The translations under genes were made by a program, and so were the position numbers. A stretch of DNA of 64,000 bases from Gammaproteobacteria bacterium (GTDB taxonomy: Bacteria > Pseudomonadota > Gammaproteobacteria > Eutrophobiales > Eutrophobiaceae): contig JBDNFW010000039.1 in assembly GCA_041689615.1 (NCBI GenBank), positions 104,665 to 168,664 of the forward strand, given 5' to 3'. Of the stretch, positions 1 to 11,498 are shown one piece after another (the first letter of the stretch is position 1; every line of letters begins with the position of its first letter). Under the pieces are notes generated by a model that was given only the letters and a program-made list of their open reading frames with translations, was not told the origin of the DNA and ran no database searches.

Positions 1-2228
1 TTTACAAGCTTATCCACTGTAGAATGAAGTTTTTCACGTAGAGTTTCTTCATGTAAGGATTTGTCTTGATCAAGCCACGACTGTATATCGACAGAGAGAT
101 CAAACTCATGTTGAAATGCGCCCTCTAAACCAGCGATATCCCACATTTCATCCATACTCCCTCGAGTAATATAGGTATCGATTATGCCTTCAACAACATC
201 AAAACGCATATCATTAACTTCTTCAGCAACGTTTTCTCCATCAAGCAAATCATTTCTTTGCTCGTAGACAACTTTTCTCTGATCATTAGCGACATCATCG
301 TAATCAAGTAAGTGTTTGCGAATATCAAAGTTATGCGCTTCAACTTTACGTTGCGCATTTTCAATCGCACGAGTAACTAATTTTGATTCAATAGCTTCGC
401 CCTCATCCATGCCCAGTTTTTGCATGATCGAAGAAATACGATCTGATGCAAAAATCCGCATCAAGTTATCTTCCAATGAAAGGTAGAAACGACTTGATCC
501 AGGATCACCTTGACGGCCTGAACGCCCGCGAAGTTGATTATCTATTCGTCTCGACTCATGTCGCTCGGTACCAACAATATGCAAACCACCACTATCTAAT
601 ACTTGTTGATGGCGTTTATCCCACTCTTCTTTAAGCTTATCAATTTTATTTTTCTCTGGATCTTTTAGAGATTTAATTTCCGCTTCAAAATTACCGCCCA
701 ATACTATATCCGTACCTCGGCCTGCCATATTTGTAGCAATAGTAATTGCACCTGTCTGACCTGCTTGTGCAATAATTTCAGCTTCTTTTTCATGAAACTT
801 AGCATTCAAGACTTGATGCTTAATATTTTCTTTATTAAGTAAATTGGATAAATATTCTGATACTTCAATAGATGCCGTGCCAACCAAGACAGGCTGACCT
901 TTAGACTGACAATGTTTTATATCCTCAATCATTGCCACGTATTTTTCTTTCGCCGTTAGAAAAATCAGATCACTCTGATCATCACGAACCATAATCATGT
1001 TAGTCGGAATAATAACAACTTCGAGACCGTATATTGACTGAAACTCAAATGCTTCTGTATCCGCAGTACCTGTCATACCGGATAACTTTGAGTATAAACG
1101 AAAGAAATTTTGATAGGTTATAGAGGCAAGCGTCTGGTTTTCATTTTGAATTGTTACGCCTTCTTTTGCTTCTATAGCTTGATGGAGGCCTTCCGACCAA
1201 CGACGACCTTGCATTGTTCGACCGGTAAATTCATCAACAATAACAATTTCATCATCCTTAACAATATAATCTACGTCTTTTTTAAATAAATGATGTGCTC
1301 TTAATGCGGCATTCAAATGATGTAAAATACTAATGTTAACCGGATCATATAAAGCCTGTCCTTCTTTTAGAACATTGTGCTCTATTAATAGTTGCTCAAT
1401 ATGATCATGCCCGTCTTCGGTGAAGTAAGTTTGTTTTGATTTTTCATCGAGAGTAAAGTCGCCTGGACCATCTTCTACTTTTTGCACGACTAACTTGGGA
1501 ATTAATGCATTTATCGTAATATATAATTCTGATTTATCATCCACCATTCCTGAAATAACTAATGGCGTTCTTGCTTCATCAATAAGAATCGAATCTACTT
1601 CATCGACAATCGCAAAATTTAAATCTCTTTGAACACGACTTTCTTTGCTAAAAGCCATATTGTCACGCAAGTAATCAAAACCAAACTCATTGTTTGTACC
1701 ATACGTGATGTCAGACTGATAAGCTGCTTTCCTTTCTTCCGTTGACAACCCGCTTACAATGACACCAGTCGTTAAACCCAAAAAACTGTATATCTGACCC
1801 ATCCATTCTGAATCACGTTTGGCCAAATAATCATTAACCGTAATGACATGAACACCTAGACCTGACAAAGCATTTAAATAAGCGGCTAAAGTTGCGACTA
1901 ATGTTTTACCTTCACCTGTTCGCATTTCGGCAATATTGCCGTGATGAAGTACCATCGCACCAATCAGCTGTACATCAAAATGACGCATGCTCAATACACG
2001 GAGCCCTGCTTCTCGAACTAGAGCAAATGCTTCTGGCAAAATATCATCCAGACTTTCACCCTGTTTCAGTCTTTCTTTTAACTGGTTTGTTCTATCTGGA
2101 AAATCTTGATCACTAAGTGACTTTAATTCATCTTCGAGAGGATTTATTTGACTTACTATTTTGTTTAATTTTTTGATTACCCGATCATTACGAGTACCAA
2201 ATATTTTTTTTGCTAATCCTATAATCAT
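1..2228 (-). CDS. secA: Preprotein translocase ATPase SecA (3' end runs off the window)
   Basis: Manual translation from ATG 2228: [16 protein letters not shown]..., MRTGEGKT Walker [34 protein letters not shown]; same frame at the spots checked down to position 1. Confidence 0.97.
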   Translation of the reverse strand, partial: MIIGLAKKIFGTRNDRVIKKLNKIVSQINPLEDELKSLSDQDFPDRTNQLKERLKQGESLDDILPEAFALVREAGLRVLSMRHFDVQLIGAMVLHHGNIAEMRTGEGKTLVATLAAYLNALSGLGVHVITVNDYLAKRDSEWMGQIYSFLGLTTGVIVSGLSTEERKAAYQSDITYGTNNEFGFDYLRDNMAFSKESRVQRDLNFAIVDEVDSILIDEARTPLVISGMVDDKSELYITINALIPKLVVQKVEDGPGDFTLDEKSKQTYFTEDGHDHIEQLLIEHNVLKEGQALYDPVNISILHHLNAALRAHHLFKKDVDYIVKDDEIVIVDEFTGRTMQGRRWSEGLHQAIEAKEGVTIQNENQTLASITYQNFFRLYSKLSGMTGTADTEAFEFQSIYGLEVVIIPTNMIMVRDDQSDLIFLTAKEKYVAMIEDIKHCQSKGQPVLVGTASIEVSEYLSNLLNKENIKHQVLNAKFHEKEAEIIAQAGQTGAITIATNMAGRGTDIVLGGNFEAEIKSLKDPEKNKIDKLKEEWDKRHQQVLDSGGLHIVGTERHESRRIDNQLRGRSGRQGDPGSSRFYLSLEDNLMRIFASDRISSIMQKLGMDEGEAIESKLVTRAIENAQRKVEAHNFDIRKHLLDYDDVANDQRKVVYEQRNDLLDGENVAEEVNDMRFDVVEGIIDTYITRGSMDEMWDIAGLEGAFQHEFDLSVDIQSWLDQDKSLHEETLREKLHSTVDKLV

Positions 2229-2322
2229 ACTAATTTATCTTTATTTTTTTATTACGTAACTTTTCACGTACAGTTACGTAAAATGAATTTAGAGAGGCAA
2301 GATAATCGGAGGAGAATTTATT

Positions 2323-3246
2323 TCAAGGAAATTTTTTTGGATCTACTGCTTTTCCATTGTTCACGACTTCGAAATGAACATGAGGCCCTGTTGATCTACC
2401 TGACGAGCCCATAAGTGCAATAATTTTACCTTGATCAACCTTTTGCCCTACAACAACAAGATTTTTCTTATTATGAGCATAACGCGTTTGGTAACCATTT
2501 CCATGATTAATTTCCACCATATTACCGTAACCATAACGAACACCTGACCAGGTAACAATACCGGAAGCAACCGCTTGTATGGGAGATCCCACTTTACCCG
2601 CATAATCAATACCATCATGAAACTCCATTTTTCCTGATATAGGATCGGCGCGAGAACCAAATAATGAAGAAATCCAGCCATCCGTCGTCGGACTACCCGT
2701 TGGAAGAGTCTGATTTTGCAATGTTCTATCAATCAACATCGATTCCATTGCTGTCAGTTTTTCTGAACGATCCTGTATTTTGGCATTTAATTCTTCCAAT
2801 GCAGTAATAAAATCACTAACTTCCATAGTACCTTGAGTATTCACAGGCTGTGGACCACCTAAGCCCGGAGTAGCATTAATATCAAACTCTATTTCATTAA
2901 GATCAGCCATATTAGCCAAACGAGAGCCTAGCGCATCCAAGCGCATGACATGAGACTGCAATTTACTTAATCTTGCTGCTAATGCATCAAGATTTTTTGT
3001 AGCATTTTCTTGCGCTTGATTTAGCATTTGTTGCTGAACATCAATTTCTTGACTCCAAATCGGGGCCGTTTGAGTGTATAAATCTTTAAACGAACTGCGC
3101 GTCAAATTCATCGCGTAATGACTACCTGCATGAAAAATCAACAACCCAACGGCAATACCTAATACCAAAAATACACTCAAGGCTGCAGGACCAAAGGTAA
3201 GTGTCTGACTCTTTTTTCTAGATTTTGATATTAAAAATAATTGCAT
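2323..3246 (-). CDS. M23 family metallopeptidase with N-terminal TM and coiled coil
   Basis: HDGID, YAHN and STGPHVHFE M23 motifs; usual position upstream of secA. Confidence 0.92.
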   Translation of the reverse strand: MQLFLISKSRKKSQTLTFGPAALSVFLVLGIAVGLLIFHAGSHYAMNLTRSSFKDLYTQTAPIWSQEIDVQQQMLNQAQENATKNLDALAARLSKLQSHVMRLDALGSRLANMADLNEIEFDINATPGLGGPQPVNTQGTMEVSDFITALEELNAKIQDRSEKLTAMESMLIDRTLQNQTLPTGSPTTDGWISSLFGSRADPISGKMEFHDGIDYAGKVGSPIQAVASGIVTWSGVRYGYGNMVEINHGNGYQTRYAHNKKNLVVVGQKVDQGKIIALMGSSGRSTGPHVHFEVVNNGKAVDPKKFP

Positions 3247-3287
3247 ATTTATTCTGCGCCAACTAAAACCTGTATATAATTCATATT

Positions 3288-3749
3288 ATGGATAACACCG
3301 ATAGAAAAAAACTAAGCTTGCCTATCAGCGAACTATTACAAGATAAGCGCTATCCTATTGCTAATCTTTGTAAAAAAGCTAATTCAATTCAGGAAATAGA
3401 TCACAAATTAAAAAAATGCCTAGATCCCTCTCTGCATGATCATTTTGAACTAGCTAATATAAAAACAGATTCTGTAATTTTACTCGTTAGTTCTTCTAAC
3501 TGGGCAACCCGCCTACGTTATAATATTCCTGCTATCCTTAATGCTTTAAACAATCAATTAAACTTTACTTCTGTAAAAACAATCAGGATTAAAGTTAAAA
3601 AAATAATTCCTGACAATGCTACTAAACCTAAAAAACCAATGTCCTTATCTAAAAATTCAGCTCAAGTCCTTATTAATGTTGCAAATAATTTTACCGATCC
3701 TCAATTACGTGAGTGCATTTTAAAATTATCAAAAAATTACCACAAGTAA
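3288..3749 (+). CDS. dciA: DciA/DUF721 family protein
   Basis: SSNWATRLRY motif; conserved position between lpxC and M23/secA on the opposite strand. Confidence 0.8.
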   Translation: MDNTDRKKLSLPISELLQDKRYPIANLCKKANSIQEIDHKLKKCLDPSLHDHFELANIKTDSVILLVSSSNWATRLRYNIPAILNALNNQLNFTSVKTIRIKVKKIIPDNATKPKKPMSLSKNSAQVLINVANNFTDPQLRECILKLSKNYHK

Positions 3750-3750
3750 A

Positions 3751-4662
3751 CTAGTCTGTAGGAATTACCTGCATAAAAGAAATGGGGGCTGTATGCCCAT
3801 CTTCAAAACTGACCAACTCCCATGCTTCTTCATTTGCTAGTAATGCTCGTAAAAGTGCATTATTTAATGCGTGTCCCGACTTAAATCCACTAAATGCTCC
3901 AATCAGGCTATGACCCAATAAATATAAATCACCAATCGCATCAAGAATTTTATGTTTCACACATTCATCTTCATAGCGAAGACCATCTTCATTAAGAACT
4001 CTGTAATCATCAACGACAACAGCATTATCCAGACTTCCACCTAATATCAAATTCTTTTCGCGCAATAATTCAACATCGCGCATAAAGCCAAAAGTACGGG
4101 CTCGACTCACTTCTTTAACAAACGAAGTCGTGGAAAAATCTATTTCTGCATGGCAATTATTTTCATTAAAAACGGGATGGTCAAATTCAATTGTAAAACC
4201 TACTTTAAAACCATCAAAAGGTTCAAACATAGCCCACTTTCCGTCTTCTTCCACGCGAACTTTTTCTTTTATTCTCAAAAATTTCTTTGGTGCAGACTGC
4301 TCTTCAATGCCGGCAGATTGTATTAAAAAGACAAATGGGCCGGCACTGCCATCCATAATAGGGACTTCATCAGCACTCAAATCTATATAGGCATTATCTA
4401 TTCCAAAACCTGCTAAAGCGGAAAGTAAATGTTCAACGGTGGAGATACGTACATTATCTTTAACTAATGTACTTGAAAGGCTGGTATCACCGACATATTC
4501 AGGGTTAGCCGGTATTTCTACTGCAGGATCCAAATCGACACGACGAAATGTAATTCCTGAATTAGCAGGCGCTGGCCTTAAGGTCAAAAAGACCTTTTTA
4601 CCCGTATGCAGGCCTACCCCAGTAGCCCGAATTACGTTTTTTAATGTACGCTGCCTTATCAT
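3751..4662 (-). CDS. lpxC: UDP-3-O-acyl-N-acetylglucosamine deacetylase
   Basis: [33 protein letters not shown] motifs. Confidence 0.98.
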   Translation of the reverse strand: MIRQRTLKNVIRATGVGLHTGKKVFLTLRPAPANSGITFRRVDLDPAVEIPANPEYVGDTSLSSTLVKDNVRISTVEHLLSALAGFGIDNAYIDLSADEVPIMDGSAGPFVFLIQSAGIEEQSAPKKFLRIKEKVRVEEDGKWAMFEPFDGFKVGFTIEFDHPVFNENNCHAEIDFSTTSFVKEVSRARTFGFMRDVELLREKNLILGGSLDNAVVVDDYRVLNEDGLRYEDECVKHKILDAIGDLYLLGHSLIGAFSGFKSGHALNNALLRALLANEEAWELVSFEDGHTAPISFMQVIPTD

Positions 4663-4799
4663 TATGACTAACCAAACCTATTTTCAGTATGGAACTTTTA
4701 TTCTTATCTCTTTGTATTATAGGCAATTTTAGTGCCATTACAGCAACTAGTCCAGAATTCCCCAATTCCGAAGCTAACTATACCATGTAAAAACCAAAT

Positions 4800-5933
4800 C
4801 TAGTCTGCTTGCCTTCTTAAAAATGCTGGAATATCAAGATAATCAGCATCCCCTTTTACTATGCCTTTTTCTTTCTCAGGCGTCTTATTTCGCATCACTG
4901 TTGGCCGTTCAAGATCCCTATAATTGACGCTTATATCCTCATTTTGAACCAATTTGACGCGAGATGCATCTTCTTTAATGTTTCCAAGGCCAGTCGCGAC
5001 AATTGTAACCCGAATATCACCCGACATTTCAGGATCAATTACGGTTCCAACCACTACTGTCGCATTTTCAGAAGCAAACTCTTTAATTGTTGTCCCAACT
5101 TCGTCAAATTCACCAATAGACAGATCCATGCCTGCGGTAATATTCACCAAAATTCCTCTGGCACCAGAAAGATTAACATCTTCCAATAGAGGACTAGATA
5201 TCGCTGCTTCAGCAGCAATTTTTGCTCGCTCTTCACCCTGAGCTTTTCCTGAACCCATCATAGCCATACCCATCTCGGACATAACCGTTCGGACATCAGC
5301 GAAATCCACATTGATTAAACCAGGACAAGTTATTAATTCGGCTATACCTTGAACCGCTCCTAGTAATACATCATTCGCTGCACTGAATGCGTTTAGCAAA
5401 CTGACATCGCGACCAAGAACACTCAGGAGCTTTTCATTTGGAATGGTAATTAATGAATCAACAAACTGACTTAATTCAATAATACCTTCAGCAGCAACTG
5501 CACCACGCTTTTTTCCTTCGAAAGCAAAAGGGCGAGTCACAACAGCAACCGTCAAGATACCCATTTCTTTTGCGACTTGAGCAACAATAGGTGCCGCACC
5601 AGTACCAGTGCCACCTCCCATACCCGCAGTAATGAAGACCATGTCTGATCCATCAAGCACATCCATTAAACGGTCACGATCTTCCAAGGCAGCTTGACGA
5701 CCAACTTCCGGATCAGCACCAGCACCCAGGCCTTTGGTCATATTACTTCCTAATTGCAGAACCGTTTTCGCACCTGAATTTTTAAGTGCCTGCGAATCTG
5801 TGTTTGCACAAATAAATTCAACGCCTTCAATGTTTCCACTCAGCATATGCTGTACAGCATTGCCACCGCCACCACCAACGCCTATTACTTTAATAACAGC
5901 CGCCTGATTAGCTGCATCGACTAATTCAAACAT
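4800..5933 (-). CDS. ftsZ: Cell division protein FtsZ
   Basis: GGGTGTG tubulin signature; C-terminal [11 protein letters not shown]. Confidence 0.99.
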   Translation of the reverse strand: MFELVDAANQAAVIKVIGVGGGGGNAVQHMLSGNIEGVEFICANTDSQALKNSGAKTVLQLGSNMTKGLGAGADPEVGRQAALEDRDRLMDVLDGSDMVFITAGMGGGTGTGAAPIVAQVAKEMGILTVAVVTRPFAFEGKKRGAVAAEGIIELSQFVDSLITIPNEKLLSVLGRDVSLLNAFSAANDVLLGAVQGIAELITCPGLINVDFADVRTVMSEMGMAMMGSGKAQGEERAKIAAEAAISSPLLEDVNLSGARGILVNITAGMDLSIGEFDEVGTTIKEFASENATVVVGTVIDPEMSGDIRVTIVATGLGNIKEDASRVKLVQNEDISVNYRDLERPTVMRNKTPEKEKGIVKGDADYLDIPAFLRRQAD

Positions 5934-5968
5934 GTTGTAACCTCCTAAAAATAATTACATTTATAATT

Positions 5969-7204
5969 TTAAAAATTACCCTGAAACCAACTTTTCATTC
6001 TTTCTAAAACACCTTTCACACCATCATTAATGTGAATCTGTGTCATACCTTCCTGACTCTGCTTTTTTCCAAAAATTAACAAGCCCACTCCCGTTGCATA
6101 AATCGGACTTTTAACCACATCTGATAAACCTGAAACGTATTGCGGAATACCCAATCGAACCGGCATATGAAATATTTCTTCTGCCAGTTCAATCACGCCA
6201 TCCATTTTTGAACTACCACCTGTTAATACAATTCCGGCAGCAATTAAATTTTCAAAACCACTTCGTCTTAGTTCAGCCTGCACCAAACTAAATAATTCTT
6301 CATATCTGGGCTGAACAACTTCAGCCAAAGTTTGACGAGCGAGACGACGGGAAGGTCGATCACCCACTCCAGGGACTTCAATACTTTCGTCATGTTTCGC
6401 GAGTTGTGTCAGTGCACAAGCATATTGAACCTTGATATCTTCGGCATGTTGCGTTGGTGTACGTAGAGCAACCGCAATATCGTTAGTCACTTGATCACCT
6501 GCGATAGGAATAACAGCAGTATGATAAATAGCGCCATCAGTGAAGACAGCAATATCGGTTGTGCCGCCACCGATATCAATCATACAAACGCCAAGATCTT
6601 TTTCATCTTCGGTCAAAACAGCATAACTCGAAGCTAACTGCTCAAGAATGATATCGTCTACTTCCAAACCACAACGACGTACACACTTAACAATATTTTG
6701 CGCAGCACTGACCGCGCCGGTAACAATGTGTACTTTCGATTCGAGTCTAACGCCGGACATACCAATCGGTTCTTTAACGCCTTCCTGATTATCGATAATA
6801 AATTCCTGCGGCAATATATGTAGAATTTTTTGATCGGCCGGAATAGCAACAGCTTTTGCCGCATCGATCACTCGATCAACATCACTATAAGAAACTTCAC
6901 TATCGCGTATTGCAACAATGCCATGTGAATTCAAACTCCGGATATGACTGCCGGCAATGCCGGTAAAAACAGAATGAATTTCGCAACCTGCCATGAGTTC
7001 TGCTTCTTCAATCGCTCTTTGAATCGAATGCACTGTTGATTCGATATTAACCACCACCCCTTTTTTAAGGCCGCGTGACTGGTTTGAGCCAATACCTATT
7101 ATTTCAATCTCATCATCTACTGAAATCTCACCAACAATGGCAACCACTTTAGAGGTACCAATGTCCAAACCAACAATAAGATTTTTATCTGTTTTCTTAA
7201 CCAT
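5969..7204 (-). CDS. ftsA: Cell division protein FtsA
   Basis: GLDIGTSK, DIGGGTTD, C-terminal amphipathic WFQGNF. Confidence 0.99.
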   Translation of the reverse strand: MVKKTDKNLIVGLDIGTSKVVAIVGEISVDDEIEIIGIGSNQSRGLKKGVVVNIESTVHSIQRAIEEAELMAGCEIHSVFTGIAGSHIRSLNSHGIVAIRDSEVSYSDVDRVIDAAKAVAIPADQKILHILPQEFIIDNQEGVKEPIGMSGVRLESKVHIVTGAVSAAQNIVKCVRRCGLEVDDIILEQLASSYAVLTEDEKDLGVCMIDIGGGTTDIAVFTDGAIYHTAVIPIAGDQVTNDIAVALRTPTQHAEDIKVQYACALTQLAKHDESIEVPGVGDRPSRRLARQTLAEVVQPRYEELFSLVQAELRRSGFENLIAAGIVLTGGSSKMDGVIELAEEIFHMPVRLGIPQYVSGLSDVVKSPIYATGVGLLIFGKKQSQEGMTQIHINDGVKGVLERMKSWFQGNF

Positions 7205-7242
7205 TTTTTATCCGCCTGATCTCATGATGCAGAATTGTTTTG

Positions 7243-7995
7243 TTATTTTTTCCATCGGATGGAAAAACCATTTGTATAACGCATATCTACTGATTCAGTC
7301 TGTTCAATACGACCTGAAATTGTTGTTGGTATTAAAGTCAAAAATCGATTCAACCGTTCTTCAAAATCACGTCGCCCTAAAATAACCTTGATGCCATTTT
7401 CAAGTTGAAACGACCATGCTCGTCTTTCATTCAAGGTCATTGAAGCCACCTTAAAACCAATTAACTTAAATCGCTCTTGCATCGCATTAAACTGATTTAA
7501 TAAAACAACTTCCGAATCAACTGGACCTGATAGCAAAGGTAACTCAGTCGGTATCGTTTCAGGATCTGGTGCGAAATATTCTCCAGCAACATTTAACAAA
7601 CCTGACTCTTTCCAACGAACAACAGGCACCTGTTCAATAACAATAACTCGTAATGCATCCGGCCATACACGTTTTACAGTTACTTCTCTCACCCAGGGTT
7701 CATTCAATAGAGCAAGTCGGACGGCATCTACATCAAGATTAAAAAAGCCACCACGAACTTTATCAGTAACAAGCAATTGCAAATCAACCGGAGACAAACG
7801 AGTAAAGTCACCTTCAATTCGAACTTGTTTTATTGGTAATGTATCTGGATGAGATAGATATATTCCACTCCAAACTAATAAACTAATAAAAGTTAAAACA
7901 AATACCATTCCAAAAAATCGGGAGCCACGATCATGACTTCTATCAACACTATTAAATTGCAGTTTGTTAGGATCAATTACCATGTCGATACTCAT
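7243..7995 (-). CDS. ftsQ: Cell division protein FtsQ
   Basis: Single TM, POTRA region (PWV...KRVWPD), C-terminal DMRYTNGFSIRW; dcw position. Confidence 0.95.
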   Translation of the reverse strand: MSIDMVIDPNKLQFNSVDRSHDRGSRFFGMVFVLTFISLLVWSGIYLSHPDTLPIKQVRIEGDFTRLSPVDLQLLVTDKVRGGFFNLDVDAVRLALLNEPWVREVTVKRVWPDALRVIVIEQVPVVRWKESGLLNVAGEYFAPDPETIPTELPLLSGPVDSEVVLLNQFNAMQERFKLIGFKVASMTLNERRAWSFQLENGIKVILGRRDFEERLNRFLTLIPTTISGRIEQTESVDMRYTNGFSIRWKK

Positions 7996-8951
7996 TAGCT
8001 TTGTCTTTCCTTTGCAACAGGCATTACCAAACTAGTCGCTAGTATTTGAATGACTAACTGTTCAAAAGATAGTCCTGCTTGTTTAGCTGCCATCGGAACT
8101 AAACTATGACTGGTCATACCCGGAACGGTATTAACTTCAATTAACCACGGTTTTTTTGCTTTATCGATCATTAAATCAACTCGACTCCAGCCACTGACGC
8201 CTAACAACTTGCATGCTTGTAAAGCTAGTGCACCCAGTCTTCGTTCAACATCCTCATCAAGACCGCAGGGACAAATATATTTTGTATCATCATCTTCATA
8301 CTTTGCCTGATAATCATAAAACTCACGTTTTGTCTCAAGCTTAATCATAGGCAATACGGTTTCACCTAAAATAGAAATAGTATATTCATCTCCTTCAATC
8401 CAACTTTCAGCCATCACTCGTTCATCAAATTGATTTGCCTGTTTCCAGGCTGTAACTAAATCCTCAGCTTGTTTTACTTTACTTGCACCGACGCTTGATC
8501 CCTCTCTAACCGGTTTAACCATGATTGGTAATTTCAATTGTTCTATAATCTGCTTCCAATCACTTGTTTTATTTAATTCAACAGCATCTGGCGTAGGCAA
8601 ATCGGAATCACGCCAAATTGCCTTACTGCGAACCTTGTCCATTGCCAATGCTGAACTTAAAACATCGCTGCCGGCATAAGGTAATCCAATCGTTTCTAAT
8701 GCACCTTGAATTGTCCCGTCTTCACCACCCCGACCATGTAATGCAATAAAGACTCGCTCGAAGTTATTGCTCATTAACTGATGAAATTCATTTTTATTAA
8801 AGTCAATCGCGTGCGCATCGATACCCGCATTACAGAGTGCGGCGTATACAGCCTTTCCACTTTCTAAAGAAATCGCGCGCTCAGCTGACTCTCCACCCAT
8901 TAAAACAGCAACCTTGCCAAAATCAGAAGCTTGATATTCAGGTACGTGCAC
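7995..8951 (-). CDS. ddlB: D-alanine--D-alanine ligase
   Basis: GGESAER, LHGRGGEDG, EGSSVG, EVNTVPGMT. Confidence 0.97.
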   Translation of the reverse strand: MHVPEYQASDFGKVAVLMGGESAERAISLESGKAVYAALCNAGIDAHAIDFNKNEFHQLMSNNFERVFIALHGRGGEDGTIQGALETIGLPYAGSDVLSSALAMDKVRSKAIWRDSDLPTPDAVELNKTSDWKQIIEQLKLPIMVKPVREGSSVGASKVKQAEDLVTAWKQANQFDERVMAESWIEGDEYTISILGETVLPMIKLETKREFYDYQAKYEDDDTKYICPCGLDEDVERRLGALALQACKLLGVSGWSRVDLMIDKAKKPWLIEVNTVPGMTSHSLVPMAAKQAGLSFEQLVIQILATSLVMPVAKERQS

Positions 8952-9919
8952 TATTGCTCGCTCCTTTTTTTGCCCATGATCCTGACTTCAGGAATTAATT
9001 TAACTGCACACTTTTCAAACACAGTTGATTGAACCAATTCAATTAAACTTTCTATATCCAAAGATGTTGCATTACCTGCATTAATAATAAAATTGGCATG
9101 TTTTTCAGAGACAATCGCACCACCAAGCTGCTTTCCTTTTAATCCGCATGATTCAATCAATCTTGCAGCATGATCGTTTTCCGGATTTCTGAATACTGAA
9201 CCACAACTATGCTGTCCTAATGGTTGTGCTTCTGCTCTTTCGCTTAACATTTGTTTTATATTTTTTTCAATTTCTTCTTTGTTTGAAATTTCTAATTGCA
9301 AAGTACAAGCAACAAACCATTCATCAGCAGCAAGCGAAACACTACGATAACCAATTTCAAATTGATCACTTGAATAGATTCTACGTTCGCCATTTCGATT
9401 TATTGTTTCCACCTGTTTTACGTATTGCCAAATTTCACCATCATAAGCACCGGCATTCATAGCTAGCGCTCCTCCAATCGAACCTGGAATAGAAGCTAAA
9501 AATTCAATGCCAGCTAAAGCATGTTTTGCAGCGAAGCGCGCTGCTTTAGCGCAAGTAACACCTGCGCCTATTTTCAATTCATTTTTACTAATACACTCGA
9601 GTTCATTAAGCACACCAATAACAGACACAACAACACCAGATAAACCGCCATCACGCACTAATAAATTGCTACCCAGTCCTACCCAGGTAACTGGCATGTC
9701 ATTTGGCACGCTAGACAAAAACTCAGACAAATCATCACTATCAGTAGGCACATAAAAATATTCTGCTTCACCGCCCGTTTTCCATGACGTATGACGCGAC
9801 ATAGGCTCCTGCTCTCGCAATTCACCTCGAAATAATGTTCTGTCTAAATCAATAGTCATACTGTTATTAAAAACCACCTGCATTTTTTGCATTTCATTTT
9901 CTATACTCAACAAAATCAC
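8951..9919 (-). CDS. murB: UDP-N-acetylenolpyruvoylglucosamine reductase (start uncertain: GTG 9919 or ATG 9892/9883/9859)
   Basis: GLGSNLL, IPGSIGGALAMNAGAY, GSVFRNP, SEKHANF. Confidence 0.96.
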   Translation of the reverse strand: MILLSIENEMQKMQVVFNNSMTIDLDRTLFRGELREQEPMSRHTSWKTGGEAEYFYVPTDSDDLSEFLSSVPNDMPVTWVGLGSNLLVRDGGLSGVVVSVIGVLNELECISKNELKIGAGVTCAKAARFAAKHALAGIEFLASIPGSIGGALAMNAGAYDGEIWQYVKQVETINRNGERRIYSSDQFEIGYRSVSLAADEWFVACTLQLEISNKEEIEKNIKQMLSERAEAQPLGQHSCGSVFRNPENDHAARLIESCGLKGKQLGGAIVSEKHANFIINAGNATSLDIESLIELVQSTVFEKCAVKLIPEVRIMGKKRSEQ

Positions 9920-10074
9920 ATACCCATGATGCTTGGAAATGCGATATTCAGAGTGCGTCTGTTTTTATTCAGGGCTAGGCACGACGATGCCGCATGGCCG
10001 ATCCCTGCAAAGAGGAGCAACGACGCCATGGATGAAAACGGACGTGCTATGGATGTCGTATTTTCAGGTATCAT
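9916..10074 (-). CDS. Putative 52-aa bridging ORF encoded by the hairpin insert (MIPENTTSIARPFSSMASLLLFAGIGHAASSCLALNKNRRTLNIAFPSIMGM)
   Basis: GGAGG (10085-10081) lies 6 nt before ATG 10074; frame is open across the insert; TGA 9918-9916 overlaps the murB GTG at 9919. Translation is not demonstrated. Confidence 0.45.
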   Translation of the reverse strand: MIPENTTSIARPFSSMASLLLFAGIGHAASSCLALNKNRRTLNIAFPSIMGM

Positions 10075-10080
10075 GGGTAT
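9920..10080 (+). mobile_element. 161-bp ERIC-like palindromic miniature element between murC and murB
   Basis: 56-nt arms 9920-9975 and 10025-10080 are inverted repeats (43 WC pairs, 11 G-U, 2 mismatches); ends ATACCC...GGGTAT resemble ERIC termini; no transposase. Confidence 0.75.
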
Positions 10081-10085
10081 CCTCC

Positions 10086-11498
10086 TCAATGCACTGAGCT
10101 TGAATAAAGTTGTTTTGACAAAGTACCAATATCACCTGCACCTAAAGTCAGTAATAAATCATTTTCTTCGAGCAAACTTGAAAGAACTTCTGGAACAGTT
10201 TCTTTATCTTCTACAAACACGGGTTCTACTAATCCCCGTAATCTTATCGCGCGACATAAAGATCGAGCATCTGCACCGAGAATAGGTTCTTCTCCTGCTG
10301 GATAAACATCAAGAATTAATAAACAATCAACATTTGAAAGCACCCGACTAAAATCTTCGAAGAGATCGCGTAATCGTGTAAACCGATGAGGTTGGTACAC
10401 CACAACCAAACGTCGATTAGGCCATCCGCCTTTAATCGCATCTAAGATTGCTTCTATCTCGGTAGGGTGATGTGCATAGTCATCAATTAACGTGACATTA
10501 AAATCGTTTACCTTAATATCACCTCGTACATGACATCGACGAGAGATGCCCTGAAAATGACTCAACGCTTTAATAATGTTTTCATCGCTAACACCTAACT
10601 CATGTGCCACAGCTATGGAGGCCAATGCATTTAATAAGTTGTGTTTGCCGGGAAGATTAAGCTCAACTTCTAACCAATCTTTTTTATCTTTATGCGAAAC
10701 TTTAAACCAGGTTTTTGTATTTTCCTGTTTTATCAATTCGGCATTATAATCCGCTTCAAAATCCAGACCGTAAGTAACAATCGGCTTGGTTACTTCTGGT
10801 AAGATTTTACGAACGCCTTCATCATCAATACACAAAACAGCAAGACCATAAAAAGGTAATTGATGTAAGAATTCAACAAAGTTATGACGTAAGTTTGCAA
10901 AATCACCGGCATAAGTATCGAGATGATCTGCATCAATATTTGTTATGACAGCGATGACAGGATAAAGATGTAAAAAAGATGCATCACTTTCATCTGCTTC
11001 TGCAACAATATATTTTCCTGTACCAAGACGTGCGTGAGATCCTGAACTATTTAATAATCCACCTATGACATAGGTGGGATCGAGTCCACCTTCCGCGAGT
11101 ACACTAGCAACTAAACTTGTTGTTGTTGTTTTCCCATGCGTGCCTGCTATAGCAATACCCTGACTGAAACGCATCAATTCGGCTAACATTTCTGCCCGAC
11201 GTACAACAGGTATCCTATTATTTCGCGCAGCACACACTTCTTCATTGCTTTCATCAATTGCACTTGTCACAACAACAACATCAGTATTAGCAATGTTTGC
11301 AGCAGCGTGACCGATTGTCACCTTAACACCTAACGACTCCAGTCTTTTTGTAATTCCACTTTCTTTAATATCGGAACCGGTCACTTCGTAACCAACGTTC
11401 TTAAGCACTTCTGCTATACCACCCATACCGGCACCACCTATACCGACAAAATGGATATGCTTTACTCGACCCATCGCATGTAATTGCATATCACGCAT
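10086..11498 (-). CDS. murC: UDP-N-acetylmuramate--L-alanine ligase
   Basis: HFVGIGGAGMGG, GTHGKTTT, EADESD, DDYAHHPTE; start placed at ATG 11498 after GGAGG, overlapping the murG stop. Confidence 0.98.
   Translation of the reverse strand: MRDMQLHAMGRVKHIHFVGIGGAGMGGIAEVLKNVGYEVTGSDIKESGITKRLESLGVKVTIGHAAANIANTDVVVVTSAIDESNEEVCAARNNRIPVVRRAEMLAELMRFSQGIAIAGTHGKTTTTSLVASVLAEGGLDPTYVIGGLLNSSGSHARLGTGKYIVAEADESDASFLHLYPVIAVITNIDADHLDTYAGDFANLRHNFVEFLHQLPFYGLAVLCIDDEGVRKILPEVTKPIVTYGLDFEADYNAELIKQENTKTWFKVSHKDKKDWLEVELNLPGKHNLLNALASIAVAHELGVSDENIIKALSHFQGISRRCHVRGDIKVNDFNVTLIDDYAHHPTEIEAILDAIKGGWPNRRLVVVYQPHRFTRLRDLFEDFSRVLSNVDCLLILDVYPAGEEPILGADARSLCRAIRLRGLVEPVFVEDKETVPEVLSSLLEENDLLLTLGAGDIGTLSKQLYSSSVH

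Noticed and set aside
182-634. Short ORFs within secA, and the many short antisense or alternate-frame ORFs over housekeeping genes elsewhere
   Set aside because: They overlap well-supported genes and show no motifs; treated as shadow ORFs.
2323-2340. M23 peptidase ends abruptly (KKFP*) next to A7/T3 runs, possible frameshift
   Set aside because: The catalytic domain is complete and only a few tail residues would change; cannot be resolved without reads.
9887-10285. 132-aa plus-strand ORF crossing the 161-bp element
   Set aside because: Antisense to murC and murB, TTG start, no RBS or recognisable domain; likely a by-product of the palindrome.
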